Source: Ptychomitrium polyphyllum
Lineage: Eukaryota
Assembly (NCBI GenBank): GCA_973851085.1
Contig: OZ316775.1
Coordinates: 19,406,001 to 19,470,000 of the forward strand
DNA: 64,000 nucleotides
Direction of reading: 5' to 3'
The notes beneath the pieces were generated by a model. That model was not told where the DNA came from, ran no database searches, and saw only the letters and a list, made by a program, of their open reading frames with translations. Positions 27,201-40,322 of the stretch are shown here, in pieces (positions within the stretch are counted from its first letter, which is position 1; each line of letters starts with the position of its first letter). A program made the position numbers and the translations under genes.

Positions 27201-28771
27201 CAATCTAAAATGTTTTTTAATACTGTTAACCTGGTAGAACCTACCATGCAATTACTTATAAGCAATTGCCATATTCATTCCATGAAATCTTAAAACACCA
27301 TCCCATTGCTAATTATGCTTAATTGGCATTTCTAATTGTGGCCTTGTGACTATCACATTGTCTCCAGCTTTTTAAGGCTGCCAGCAAATAATTCATCAAC
27401 AACTAGCCTTTGAAGGTTACATGGAAGGGCAAGGACTGATATGAATTCTTTTAAGATAGCAATGGGTTGTGACTTTGCATCCTTGTTGTCATCCTCTTTG
27501 TCATATACAAGGGTGACTCAGTGGTGGCTTTGTCTTTTAAGTTTCAGCTACATCCAGTTTCTATCAACTGAACAATGTAACATGGTGTTACTGCGTTAGA
27601 GGATAAGTTACCAATATCTTCAAATGATTAACTTGTGGGTTGAGAAGTTGATGAACTGTCATGCCCATGTCAACTCATCTAAATGAAATGCAACATGCTC
27701 ACAACATTCATGGAGTGAATACAATTGTGCCATTTTGAGAGTCCACTCAATTGAAATGAAGAAAACCTCCTTCTTTTTTCAGTCAGAGCAGAAACGCAAC
27801 TCCCATAGGGAAAAAACCAAATTCAAAGCACTCTCCAGCCTCATATTGAGATCAGGTGTATGTTCTTTGTCTCAGTAGAACTAGTATCACTTTTATCCTA
27901 TTTGAAAGCCTCCTATGCACTATCACGTGAATAAAAGAAAGGGAGGGGAAAGGAAATTTACAAGATATTCAAAGGCTACTTCCTGGTAGCCCCTGCCAAC
28001 CCTCCAAGCTCAATTGCTAAAACATGTAAAATTTGTCAACTTTAAATCAGGTCATTCAGAAGGTGCCTGTTACTGAAAGGAGAATGCACTTTTCACACCA
28101 TCAAATGAAGTTCACATGGTGAAATCACTATCAAACCTCAAACTTAGTGTATTTTGTCACATGCCCTTAAAGTTTTAATGAAACTGCCCCATATTTGCAG
28201 CTTAAAACAAGTTTTTAGGAAGGCACAAGTGTGCCTACCAATGATGCAGGCATGGCCTACAGCACAAGATTTTATTTGTTGATTTATGCACTTCTAGTTT
28301 CATTATACGATTTGCTGCTGGTGGACTGAGAATGAAGAAGTTAATTGGAAATAAAGGGACCCTTCATTCCTAGAGTATTATCTATTTTCCTTTAGCAAAA
28401 TCTTTCTCCTTGTTAAGCAAGTTCATATGAGTACCCAATTGCCCTACCTCAACAAAGTGCTACTTTAGAACTTGGCACTTGAAGCTCACATTGGTACAGC
28501 ATGTATATATAATAGGTTTTCATCTATTCTGGTAACAATTGTAATAACCCTACGTGCAGAGCTCAATCCACCACAATGATGCAAACTCTTGAACAACAAG
28601 TACCATAATTCATGTGCAGAATGATGTGAAATTTGAACATTGTAAATAATAGTAGCAGCTCTACATGAGCAAATTCCAAACACTCTTAAACTGAAATCTC
28701 ACTTATATTTCCACACTTGCAACCTTGTATTCTCCAGTTCTCCAATTTGTTCCGGTAGAATCTAGTAGACC

Positions 28772-29327
28772 ATGCCCATGAAGATGAGCTTAGTAATGAC
28801 AAGCCCTATTTTCATAGTTTTGGTGCTGCTGGGCTTGAGCAGAATGCTCAAGAAAACACAAGCCGCTTGCAAATCACTGGCAAGTTTGACTACCTGGTTG
28901 TCTGTCACAACAGCTGATACCATGCCTTCAGCAAAATGCTGCCAGGGATTGAAGACCTACTTCTCAACTTCCAGTCTGGTATGCTTTTGTCAGGCAACCT
29001 CTAACCCCCAGTTTATTAAGTTGGGTGCAAAGCCTCAGTTTGCTATTAAGCTCCCTCAGAAGTGCAGTCTTTCCTACAAGGCTGGAACTAAGTGCAATGG
29101 TACAATAAACTTTGAGGCCTCTAACCCAAAGCTGCTTTGTAAACTCAAGATATCCTTACAGTTCTTTTGTCAAGTTACCTCATGTTGAAAATCATAATCT
29201 GCAGCTTCTTCATAGCTCATAAAGATGTCTTCAGTCAAGTGCATTGTGAGGCAATAAGGTTGTAATTTGAATCATTCTGTGGAATGAGTTTAACATTGCT
29301 GGTAATGTTGCAGCACATAACGCCTAA
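28772..29327 (+). CDS. Non-specific lipid transfer protein (8-Cys family), second Cys replaced by Trp; exon 1 28772-29099, possible short exon 29314-29327; possibly decaying
   Basis: Signal peptide then C..W(28895)..PSAKCC..CFC..AIKLPQKC..GTKCN; donor AATG|GTAC; second exon uncertain. Confidence 0.75.
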
Positions 29328-30169
29328 GGATGCACTTACCTCTGGTGAATCATATTGATATTTGACCTTATCCCTCCTCACCAGCTTGTTTTGAAATTTA
29401 GGGGTAAGGTGAAAACAGATTTTTGCATTACTAGAAGAAGGGCTACTGGGTGCCCTATGACTCATATTGATACATGAGAGCCATGAATGATTGATCAATG
29501 TCCACTTTGGTGCTTGAAATAATGTGGTTGAATCTCAGTTGAACACTGTATGAGTTGTGATTCTAGGAGACCAGTGATTAGCAACCATTAGCAACCAGTG
29601 AACTAACAAAATAGGAAGATCAAGCTGCCACATATGGATGCATCTCTCTGATGATGTTGGGTTTCAGAAGATTTTGTGGATTAATTGGAGTTTGAATAAG
29701 TGGACTCTATGTCATTGGGATTATTAGACAAGTTCTTCCTATCTGAAGAATTTACTTTTACTGTGCTACTTTTGTACCTCCTTTTGAATAAACAATTTTC
29801 CATTATGAATTACTGGATTGTGTCTGTCCAATTTGATTACAAATAAACTTTAGCAGTCATGCATGGTTGTTAAAGAATTGTTAACATACCCAGCTCATAC
29901 AATTGCTCTAACTACTCCTGTTAAGTTGCTGTCTTGTAATCAACTCACCTTTTTCAAATGAGATTTTTGGGTCTCACACCACTATGAACTAAGTTATCAT
30001 GTAATTTAGTCTCTTTGAGACTTAACTTATAATTTATTCAAATCTTCATTTGTTGAAGACTCTTTGATTGCTTAAGCCACTTCAATGGCATAGTAGGCAT
30101 TTTTCACCTAAGAATGCTTGAGCTTGTTCTATGATCTCCTTGGATTGGTGAAGTACAACGAAGTCGTTG

Positions 30170-30800
30170 GACTAGCAAGACATTAGAAGGCAACATGGCT
30201 AACTTAAAATCCAATTTCATTAAAGCAATATAGGCATTTGTAATACCTTGTAAATAAAAGTGTATGCAAAGCTTCTATAGCTAACCACACTTTTATGTAG
30301 TAACGTTAAAACCTAAGGCTCCATTGTAATATAAGTATGTACAAGGCCAAATGACAATGGTAATTAAGCTTAGTCAATTTGGTTAGACAAACCATTATAG
30401 TAGACATGTAAGCTAATTAGTGGCACACTTGTAGTGAGCGCTATTCTTTAGGCAATTGGAGCTATTGGCATAGACATACATCACAACCTAGTATTGACTA
30501 ACCTTCCAATAGCTTCCAAAACCTTTTGGTAGTTTCTAATAACCTCTAAGAACCTTCTAGTAGCTTCCAAAAGATTCTTCAAAGCTTCCAACAACTTCAA
30601 TAATATTTAAGGAAGTATAGGCTTTATGATATATATTGGAGGCAAGATGTGGTATACTTCACTCTTATTAGTACAAATTGTAAAGCACATATATTATATG
30701 TCCTTGTTTACAAATTTTGACCAATTCTTATTATCAAGGAGCCACTTGAAGGCTAAATCTTAAGGTCACTTCTTGTCTAGTTCCTTATTTCTTACATTGC
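30170..30800. mobile_element. Degenerate LTR-retrotransposon-like remnant
   Basis: Repeated CTTC(C/T)A motifs, TATA-like ATATATTGGAGG, CpG-depleted; ends not defined. Confidence 0.35.
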
Positions 30801-31266
30801 TACCATTTAGTGACATTACTATTGCCAAACTTATTTTCATGTGGTAGCAATTGAAAGCAAGGTGGAATAATAAGATGTAGAGATTGTATAATTCAAAGTA
30901 TGACTTTCTTTCATCTTCTCAACATTTCTACATATATAAATTGATGTCCTTTTTTTTGCTTTTATACTTAAATGTGTTGTTGTGTCTAGTACATTTTAAT
31001 TTGAAGTTCTAAGTAATAATTTTTATTTGGAAGATCAACAATTGTAGCTGGTAATTGAAATAGGACGTAGTTATTTTTAAATATGTTTCTCATTTTTTGT
31101 TTGAAGGCAATAGATGTATTTGTGAATATGATTGTAAAAAGTGTGGAACAACTAGGACTACGCATATAATTTAACACAATGTCCTATTTTAACCTTATAA
31201 AGAGCTTCATTGATTTTTGAAATGTGGACATAAGGTTTTGATTGATTTTGATCTTGTTTTGGCTCC

Positions 31267-31950
31267 TATCACGGACATAGATTATGCAACATAATCCTTA
31301 GAACATTCTAAAACCTTCTAATATACTATAATAGCTTCTTGGAATACTTTTAAATGTCTCCATAGCCTTTCCATGTTTTTAGGAAGCTTCCTAGGAAAGT
31401 TCCTCTACGTTAAAAAACTTCCTGGGAAGGTTCTATCATCTTAGATAACTTCTTAGGAAACTTCCTACAAAGATTCCATCACCTTAAAAAACTTCCTCCA
31501 CTTTAGGAAACTTCCTCCACTTTAGGAAACTTCCTAAGAAAAATCTACTTTTTTAGGAAATTTCCTAAGAACGTTCCGCCACCTTTAGAAACTTCCAAGG
31601 AAGGTTCTAACTCTTTGGAAGCTTTTTAGGAAGGTTCCAACATCTTAAAAAACTTCTTAGGAAGGTTCCTTAGACTTCTAAAACATTCTTAAGTCTAATA
31701 GGAAGCTTTTTTAGAAGTATCCTAGGAGATCCAAACGTCATATTATAAATAAGAAGCAAGACAAGGTATTCCTTAATCTTGCCAACACAAGTTGTGGATC
31801 ATCTTGAATTCTGCCTTGTTCTAATCTTTGTATCAAATTTTTGTTGATCATTAGCTCTTTAGAAGCTAATTCTTGGGAAATACTTTGTTTTTGCTTTTTG
31901 TTTCTTGTGTGCCTAACAACTACATATTGATAGTTATATGAGTTGTTACA
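31267..31950 (+). mobile_element. Degenerate LTR-like element with an internal array of AGGAA(A/G)(C/G)TTCCT repeats
   Basis: TATCACGG start (possible TG>TA decay), repeat block ~31370-31680, TATAAATA ~31744, possible end GTTACA 31950; no clear TSD. Confidence 0.5.
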
Positions 31951-32609
31951 TTTCTTTGAATACTTGCATTGTATTTTTAGCGTGTAAAAAATATATTTTC
32001 ATGCATTTATTCATAAATTTGTGCTAAGTAAAACTAAATGCTTACAAAATAACTACATCATCATTAGTTTTTATTAATTTCACTTTTGTATTCATATCTT
32101 ACTCTTGAACTTGTAATTTTTTTTAATATCAATTTGTTTGGAATGAAAATACAACATTTAAAATTATATGCATACAATTTAAAAGTAATAAATGAATTTT
32201 GAGAAATAAGAACTATTAAAAGATTAGATATTATGAAGGTTTTTTAAATATTAAATCTTTAAGAATATATAATTTTATATAATTTCTTTTATTTTGCATG
32301 TGATATGTAAGTTCTTTAAAAAAATCAATTTCTCTTAGATTTACAAAATACAAAGTAAAATAATTATAAAAAAAAATCAACTACAAAAAATTCATGTGAC
32401 AATCTAAAATTAAATCTATAAGGCATTTGATTCAAAAAATATAAAATTCAGGTTCTTTTTGATTCTACTATAGTTTTTAATTAATGTCAAGTTATATTAA
32501 TATATAATGTAAGGTATTTTAAAACAAATGAAAATCATCTTAAAATATTCATATAACATCCATAAACATTTATTTAAACTTTGAAATACTTTTAACACTT
32601 CAGATCTTC

Positions 32610-33774
32610 TGTCGCAACTCTTGTAATGCATCTTAACAAACGTCACGCACGTCAATCCTATACACTCCTACATGCACATGGTTAACCCCCATTTTTACTC
32701 TCCAAATCCCAAATTTAGTTTCTAATTCCCCCTACCATTTCTCTTAGGATACCAAATTGATTAGTAATCAATGGTTAGGTGTGGACTTCCATTCATGTCC
32801 AAGGCCTCATTTGGTGTTACTTCCATTCCACACGGCCTAACCGCACTTAATGATGTCTCTTTACTACCATTCATGATCCCATGTGATCTTAAGATCACCC
32901 CGGGCCATAATGGTGCCGGTGTGAAGACACCACTCCAATTTATTGGTAACAAGCGTGCCTTTTTGATCTCACTAGTTCCCTTTGTGAAATCGGTCATCCA
33001 TCAGCTCACAATGGTGTGGGAGTCCTCGTGGTGAAGCCCCAATACTAGTTCTACCAACCGGGACTCGTCCTTGGTTTCTACCGAGACACTAGGGGAGTGG
33101 AGAAGGGGACCAGCCCTCCCTTATAGTACACTTTGTGGGATTTCGTAGGCCCCCTAGCCCTCTGTAGCTAGCTGAACCCCGACACACCAAATTTTTTTGG
33201 AAGACCATTTGATCTCCCTTGGGACTTAGCCGCTGGAAGCCTCCGGGACTTCCTACGGACCTTTAGGGAGCCATATCTTCTACATTTGGTGTCCAAATCT
33301 ATTGAGCAACCACTCTATCGTCATTTACTCTTTGCGTAGATGCCGATAGACTCCTCAAACGTCCAATTTGACTTAATATTTTGGGAGATATGTCTCTTCC
33401 AAGGTTTGGGACTCCTAGGAAGTCCTTCCCTGCACTGTCCTAGTCTAGTACAATCACTGTCTAGGGCTACCACAGTCCAGAAGAGCCCCTTGGCAGCTCC
33501 AACTTTGAGATGCCATATTTTTTAGCTTCCTTGTCCGATTTGGAGAATCTTTAGTATTCTAAAATCAACTCGTTGTGAGTCCTCCAATGCCTACAATTTA
33601 TCCCTTCTGACCCTTGATCTACATAGGCAAGAATGTTTCTCTCCCTCGGGATCCTTCCCACGCTAAGCCTACTTGGGCCATTTCACTATCGGCGCCACAA
33701 GTCCTAGGCGTCACTCCGGGGTCCCCCTTGTGCCCTTAGTGTTGCGGGCATTCTTTAAAGAGAGGTGCGCGACA
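32610..33774 (-). mobile_element. Solo LTR (~1165 bp) with 5-bp target-site duplication
   Basis: Ends TGTCGC...GCGACA (TG..CA with short inverted termini); flanks TCTTC (32605-32609) and CCTTC (33775-33779); GC-richer than flanks; minus-strand CTATAAG near 33120. Confidence 0.82.
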
Positions 33775-34371
33775 CCTTCTATTTAATCACTTTTTTATTA
33801 AAAATGATTATTTAAATTAAAAAATAATGTATTTCTATAAAAACATTTATTACCTTGTTTGAATCACATTAATTTTTTTTTTATTCAAATCATTGTAGAA
33901 AGCTAAGATAGAATAAATAATTTTGAACAATAGATTTAAGGCAGTTCAAATATTTAAAATGACTTATAAAATAATACTTTTTAAAATACAAAATTATGTA
34001 ATAGCTTTTTAGCTATTGCAAATTCTTGTTATTTTAAGCACCAATGAACATTAATGATATAAAGTGGTACAATGTATCATACTTGTAAAATAAAGTTGAT
34101 ATAAAATATTTGTTTTTTTAAAGAAATTGCTATAAAAGAATTAATGCTAATAAATTGTTAATTTCAATAATATGTCATCTTTTATAACAATTGAATTGTC
34201 AAAGCTACTTTATAAAAGTGAATGGTGTTAAATTTTTCAAAATTATTTGGTTCACATAGATTATTAAACTAAAATTTTATGGATATTCAAAGTTATGAAG
34301 AATTATCTTTGTAATATTTTTGAAGCTTTAAAAAATTTTATGGTGTTAAAAATCATACAAAAACTCAAGCC

Positions 34372-34400
34372 TACATACATACATACATACATACATACAT

Positions 34401-34457
<57 letters not shown>

Positions 34458-34481
34458 CTTTTTTTTTTTTTCTTTTTTTCT
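34372..34481. repeat. Compound (TACA)n-(TA)n-poly(T) microsatellite
   Basis: Read directly. Confidence 0.95.
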
Positions 34482-35023
34482 TGATCAAAATATGGAATTT
34501 ATTTTCTTATTTGCTATTATAATATAAAAAAATATTCATCATTTAATTACAAAGATTTATGAATGTTTTAAACCATGAATATAATAGTATTCCTAATTAG
34601 GGGTGGCATTTTCCAACTTTATCTCAAAAAGGTCCTATTTATTTGTATTTGATATATTAAAAAGATTTAAAGGCTTGATTTTACATGAAATACAGATCAT
34701 ACATTTCCATTCCAAAGAGCATTTCTCAAGGATGTTATGTATCGTGGAAAGATACTTTATATGAAAAGATATAAAAAGGCTAAATACCGATAATTAACAT
34801 TGTAGGGTTTTGTAGACTTCAGGAGAAAATTGTACGCTCTCTGCACATTGTGTCTATATTGGGTGCGGTAATGGTTTTGGGTGTACAGTTGTAAAATCGT
34901 CCTTACTTCTTATATACGAACTCCACCGAGAGAGCGAGAGACTCGTGAATACATAGGCGCAGGAGTGGATTGACAATTAGGGTCTGTTTTTCGAGGCCAT
35001 GGTCTGAGGAGGAGGAGAGATAA

Positions 35024-36742
<1,719 letters not shown>

Positions 36743-38561
36743 TATTGTTATGGTTATCTAGACTTAATCAGCTTAGGAGGTGAGGTGTCTGTCTTGGGCG
36801 GAAGATTTTGTGGCGTTGCACTCTGATAATTCTGCACGTTTTTTCAAATTTACACTAAAAACAAGGTTGAACTAGCCAACTCAGCTTGAAATTTGTTTTA
36901 GGGCAGTGGAAGTTCAGAAATCTTCATCTCACCACAGCATATTGAGAGAAGGTTGCAATCGGTATAGTTGGATATATCTACTGGAGATTGCTAGCATTTA
37001 TCAGATGATAGCAGATGCTTTCGGGTGTATTACTGCCTTTATTTGCAATACACGCTCAAATGTTCAGATTTGATGCAGTCATTTTCCTAGACATCTATCA
37101 TCTTTAGAGACTAATGTATTCTTATGTTTTGACGCCTTGAAATATAAAAGCAGAGTGCCTGCTCAACTTTATTCATAGTTGAGAAACCACGTTGCAGTGG
37201 TACCAATCCAAATTCTACATCGTAATCTCATCGGTTCATTTCCAATCACAAGGACATAGAGTATATGGTGTAATTAATGAACTGTTTATTTTTGTAAGCG
37301 ATTTTGCGAATTGCGCTTATCCAGAAATGGGGCATGAACAGAGAAGCTGTCTCCGCCTTGATTCCGTGAAAATATGGAAATTAATGTACAGCAGTTGCCC
37401 ATGACACGTGACCTCTGGTACAAGCTGGAATGTCAAGTCTGCTGAAACCACCAGAAACCACCAACTTAAGTCACTGTACCAAGTGTCTTCAAGTGACTTT
37501 TGAAATGGGGGTTGTTGAAAACGGTGCTAATGACAGTTGTGAAATCAAGGCAGTTGGGTGACAAGGGGTAAGTTTCAGCAATAGGATTAGGCGGTTACCC
37601 TGGACAAACTTCAGGCAGTAGTGAAGCGATAACCACCTACACTTGCCGTGAAAGAAAGAGGATATGGGCGTCAAGGAGGCGTGCCTGCTCCTGCTACATG
37701 TCCTCGCATCGTCTTGTTTTGTGTCTATCCTTATCACAGTGTATTACTATCGGTTCTATAACCACGACTTATTCGTGACGATCGCTTTGTTTATTGGCGT
37801 CTTTTTCTTTGTAGCAGCCCTCTTCAGTATGTGCTTTTTCCCATTCTTCCGTTCGCTTCTTTTCTCAGAATGAAAAAAGCCTATTCTAGCTTCACGACAA
37901 AAGGCAAACCCTCTTGCAACGCTACTTGAAAGACATGAGGTGGAGAATACAGAATGATACCTGTGAACGAATATGAATACTGGCAACTTGTACTGCATAT
38001 CAAAGAGCGCAGAACCGGAAACACAAGAATCAAATAACTCCACGCACTTCCCTAGCACAAACTGAGTTATAAGAACAAATGGCAGGTTTAGGGTTTGAGA
38101 AGAATAATGAAGACCGAAAGGATGGATACAAGCTAGCGAATCGAAATGTAAGTGGGACGACCACCAAAACAGACTAAATGTATTTTAAGCGAAGGTTCAT
38201 CTTGTAACATTCTATCTGCTTTGTATTTCAGGGAATTGCCTGGTCAATACACTGACTATTCGATTAAACCAACCTCTGTAGATTTGTTGAATAATATTTC
38301 ACTGTTTCCGTGGATAGGGTACAAATACTTCCAGAGCAATAACTACACACCAGCATTTGATATCTGCTCCATTGGCATGTTCGACCCTCCTAACAGATTT
38401 CAAGATGATTTAGACATGAAATCTCAACAAGTACCTTCATCACTCTAGTGCCGTCATAAAGCTTCTTATAGCTCAGTCCGGCATGAGGCTAAATAATGTA
38501 CACTTAAGAGTCTAATTGCTTCTTGTCTACAAACCTGATAGGGTTTCAAAACATTGGCTCC

Positions 38562-40011
38562 TCAGCGGCCCACAAGGCCAGCCTTGGTATCCTTCCGAAC
38601 TGCAAGAGCCAAATTCAGGTCCCATAGCTCACATCTGATGGGCATTTCCACTTCATAAAAAGGATTTTTTAGAACATAATCCGTGTAGAGCTCATAAATA
38701 GTTTTCAGCAAGTTATCTATACCCGGGCTTCTTGGCTCAGTGGCCACGAAGATTTTTGTGCCTGCGCCAGGAGGAATAACAAAATGTAAACACCTGACTC
38801 ACTCGTCACAGTGTAAGCTATGGGATACGGCGAACGAGGTTCAAATATGATGAACGAAAGAAGAAACTCAAAATGAAAATTCTTAACATGACTCGACTGC
38901 AAAAAGTATGCCTAACCATCGCCTGGAAAGCAATCTACAACTCATGAGCTCAACCTAAAAGTGACCAGGTTTAAGCGGACACTTTTGCCCCTGATCGCGG
39001 TACACTATACAAATCGTTTTGACGATGACAAAATACCTGCTACGTTCCAGAAAAATGTCTAGGAGTCCCGTCTTGCCATACCTGTGAGGGCCTGGAAGCA
39101 ATGCAGATCGAAAGTGTCGGCCTCTAGAAGCTCGATCCCAGTGCAGCCACCAACCGGAGACAGCTCCTTCGAAATCGCATGCATAGAGTGCCAGAGACTA
39201 GCAAGTCTCAAGCTGTCATTCGTGTCCAGGCGGCCTTGTGTTCCATAATCCTACGTAAAATTCAAAGTGCATGGCCACTCTTTCATCACAAATTCATCAA
39301 AACTCGTTATTGCAGATCAATCGAACTAGATTATCTGTCCTTAATAACCAAAGTCAGTGAGACGCATATTCAACTTACCTAATTCGACACATGTTGTCTG
39401 AATATTAAAGCTTAAGGATTTTAACAAATGCCATCATTCAAATCTCGATTCTTTCCATCGACCTCTCATTACTACAACTTCCCTACAACTTCCAGCATCT
39501 GAGTATCCATACAAGCGTTAGATCGACTTGCAAGTAATCATCCTAGATTCCTGTTCTTGAACCAATTCCAGATTCAAAAGAAATCACAATCCTTGGACTC
39601 CCGTGAAATTGTTACAAACCGTTAAGGTTGAGAATCAGTAGGTCCTAAAACCAACACTATGATTTTTAAAGATCCAACATCTCTGTTACAGAATTTCTCC
39701 ATGATGGATTAAGGACCATGTTGCAGTAAGGTGTACTTACTCAACCAAAACCCTAGACAACCAACACGAGCAATCACGGCATCCAAACTTTACAATTTCA
39801 CACTCTTATCCCCGTTGCCAGAATCTCCATCACTACCGTCCACACTAATACAACGTAGCATGCTCAACAGCAACCCAGGTGACGAGAAAGCAAAGGAAGC
39901 ACATGCACACCAACACAGGTGAATCGTGAAGTTGTAAGAGGGAGTCACCTTGTAGAAGATAAGCCCGCCGGACTTGTTGATGACGAAGATGTTAAAGATC
40001 ACGGCTGCCAT
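38562..40011 (-). CDS. TRS23: TRAPP complex subunit 4 (TRS23/synbindin); exons 40011-39949, 39250-39082, 38761-38562
   Basis: FVINKSGGLIFYK|DYGTQGRLDTNDSLRLASLWHSMHAISKELSP..FDLHCFQALTG|TKIFV..IYELYTDYVLKNPFYEVEMPIRCEL. Confidence 0.95.
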
Positions 40012-40176
40012 GGCTGCTGCGCCTTAGAGCCACGAACGAGCTGCAGTGGCGGACAAGAACACAATCAATCACGAGTCCCGAGCTCCACAGCAAGTCCATG
40101 GACATGCCCACCGTCACAAAGCAGCCTCACCAGGCTTGCAATGAAGCAGTCTTCACTGGACACAATACCCGCCTGA

Positions 40177-40322
40177 GTATCTCCCGCGTATCACAACAGT
40201 ATCAATAGAGTGTGACTTGTATCTTTCGGGTATCTTACCACTATCAGCTGAGTATAATATGATTACATCTTGGGCATCACTCCAGTATCGAATGAGTATA
40301 ATATGAGTATCACCTAGGTATA
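40177..40322. repeat. Degenerate 11-bp-period array with GTATC/GTATA core
   Basis: Cores at 40177, 40188, 40199, 40219, 40230, 40241, 40252, 40274, 40285, 40296, 40307, 40318. Confidence 0.8.

Noticed and set aside
32761..33525. ORFs of 61-87 aa inside the solo LTR
   Set aside because: No gag/pol motifs; chance ORFs in LTR sequence.
40177..40322. CRISPR-like reading of the core/spacer array
   Set aside because: Eukaryotic context, 5-bp core and 6-bp spacers, no cas genes.
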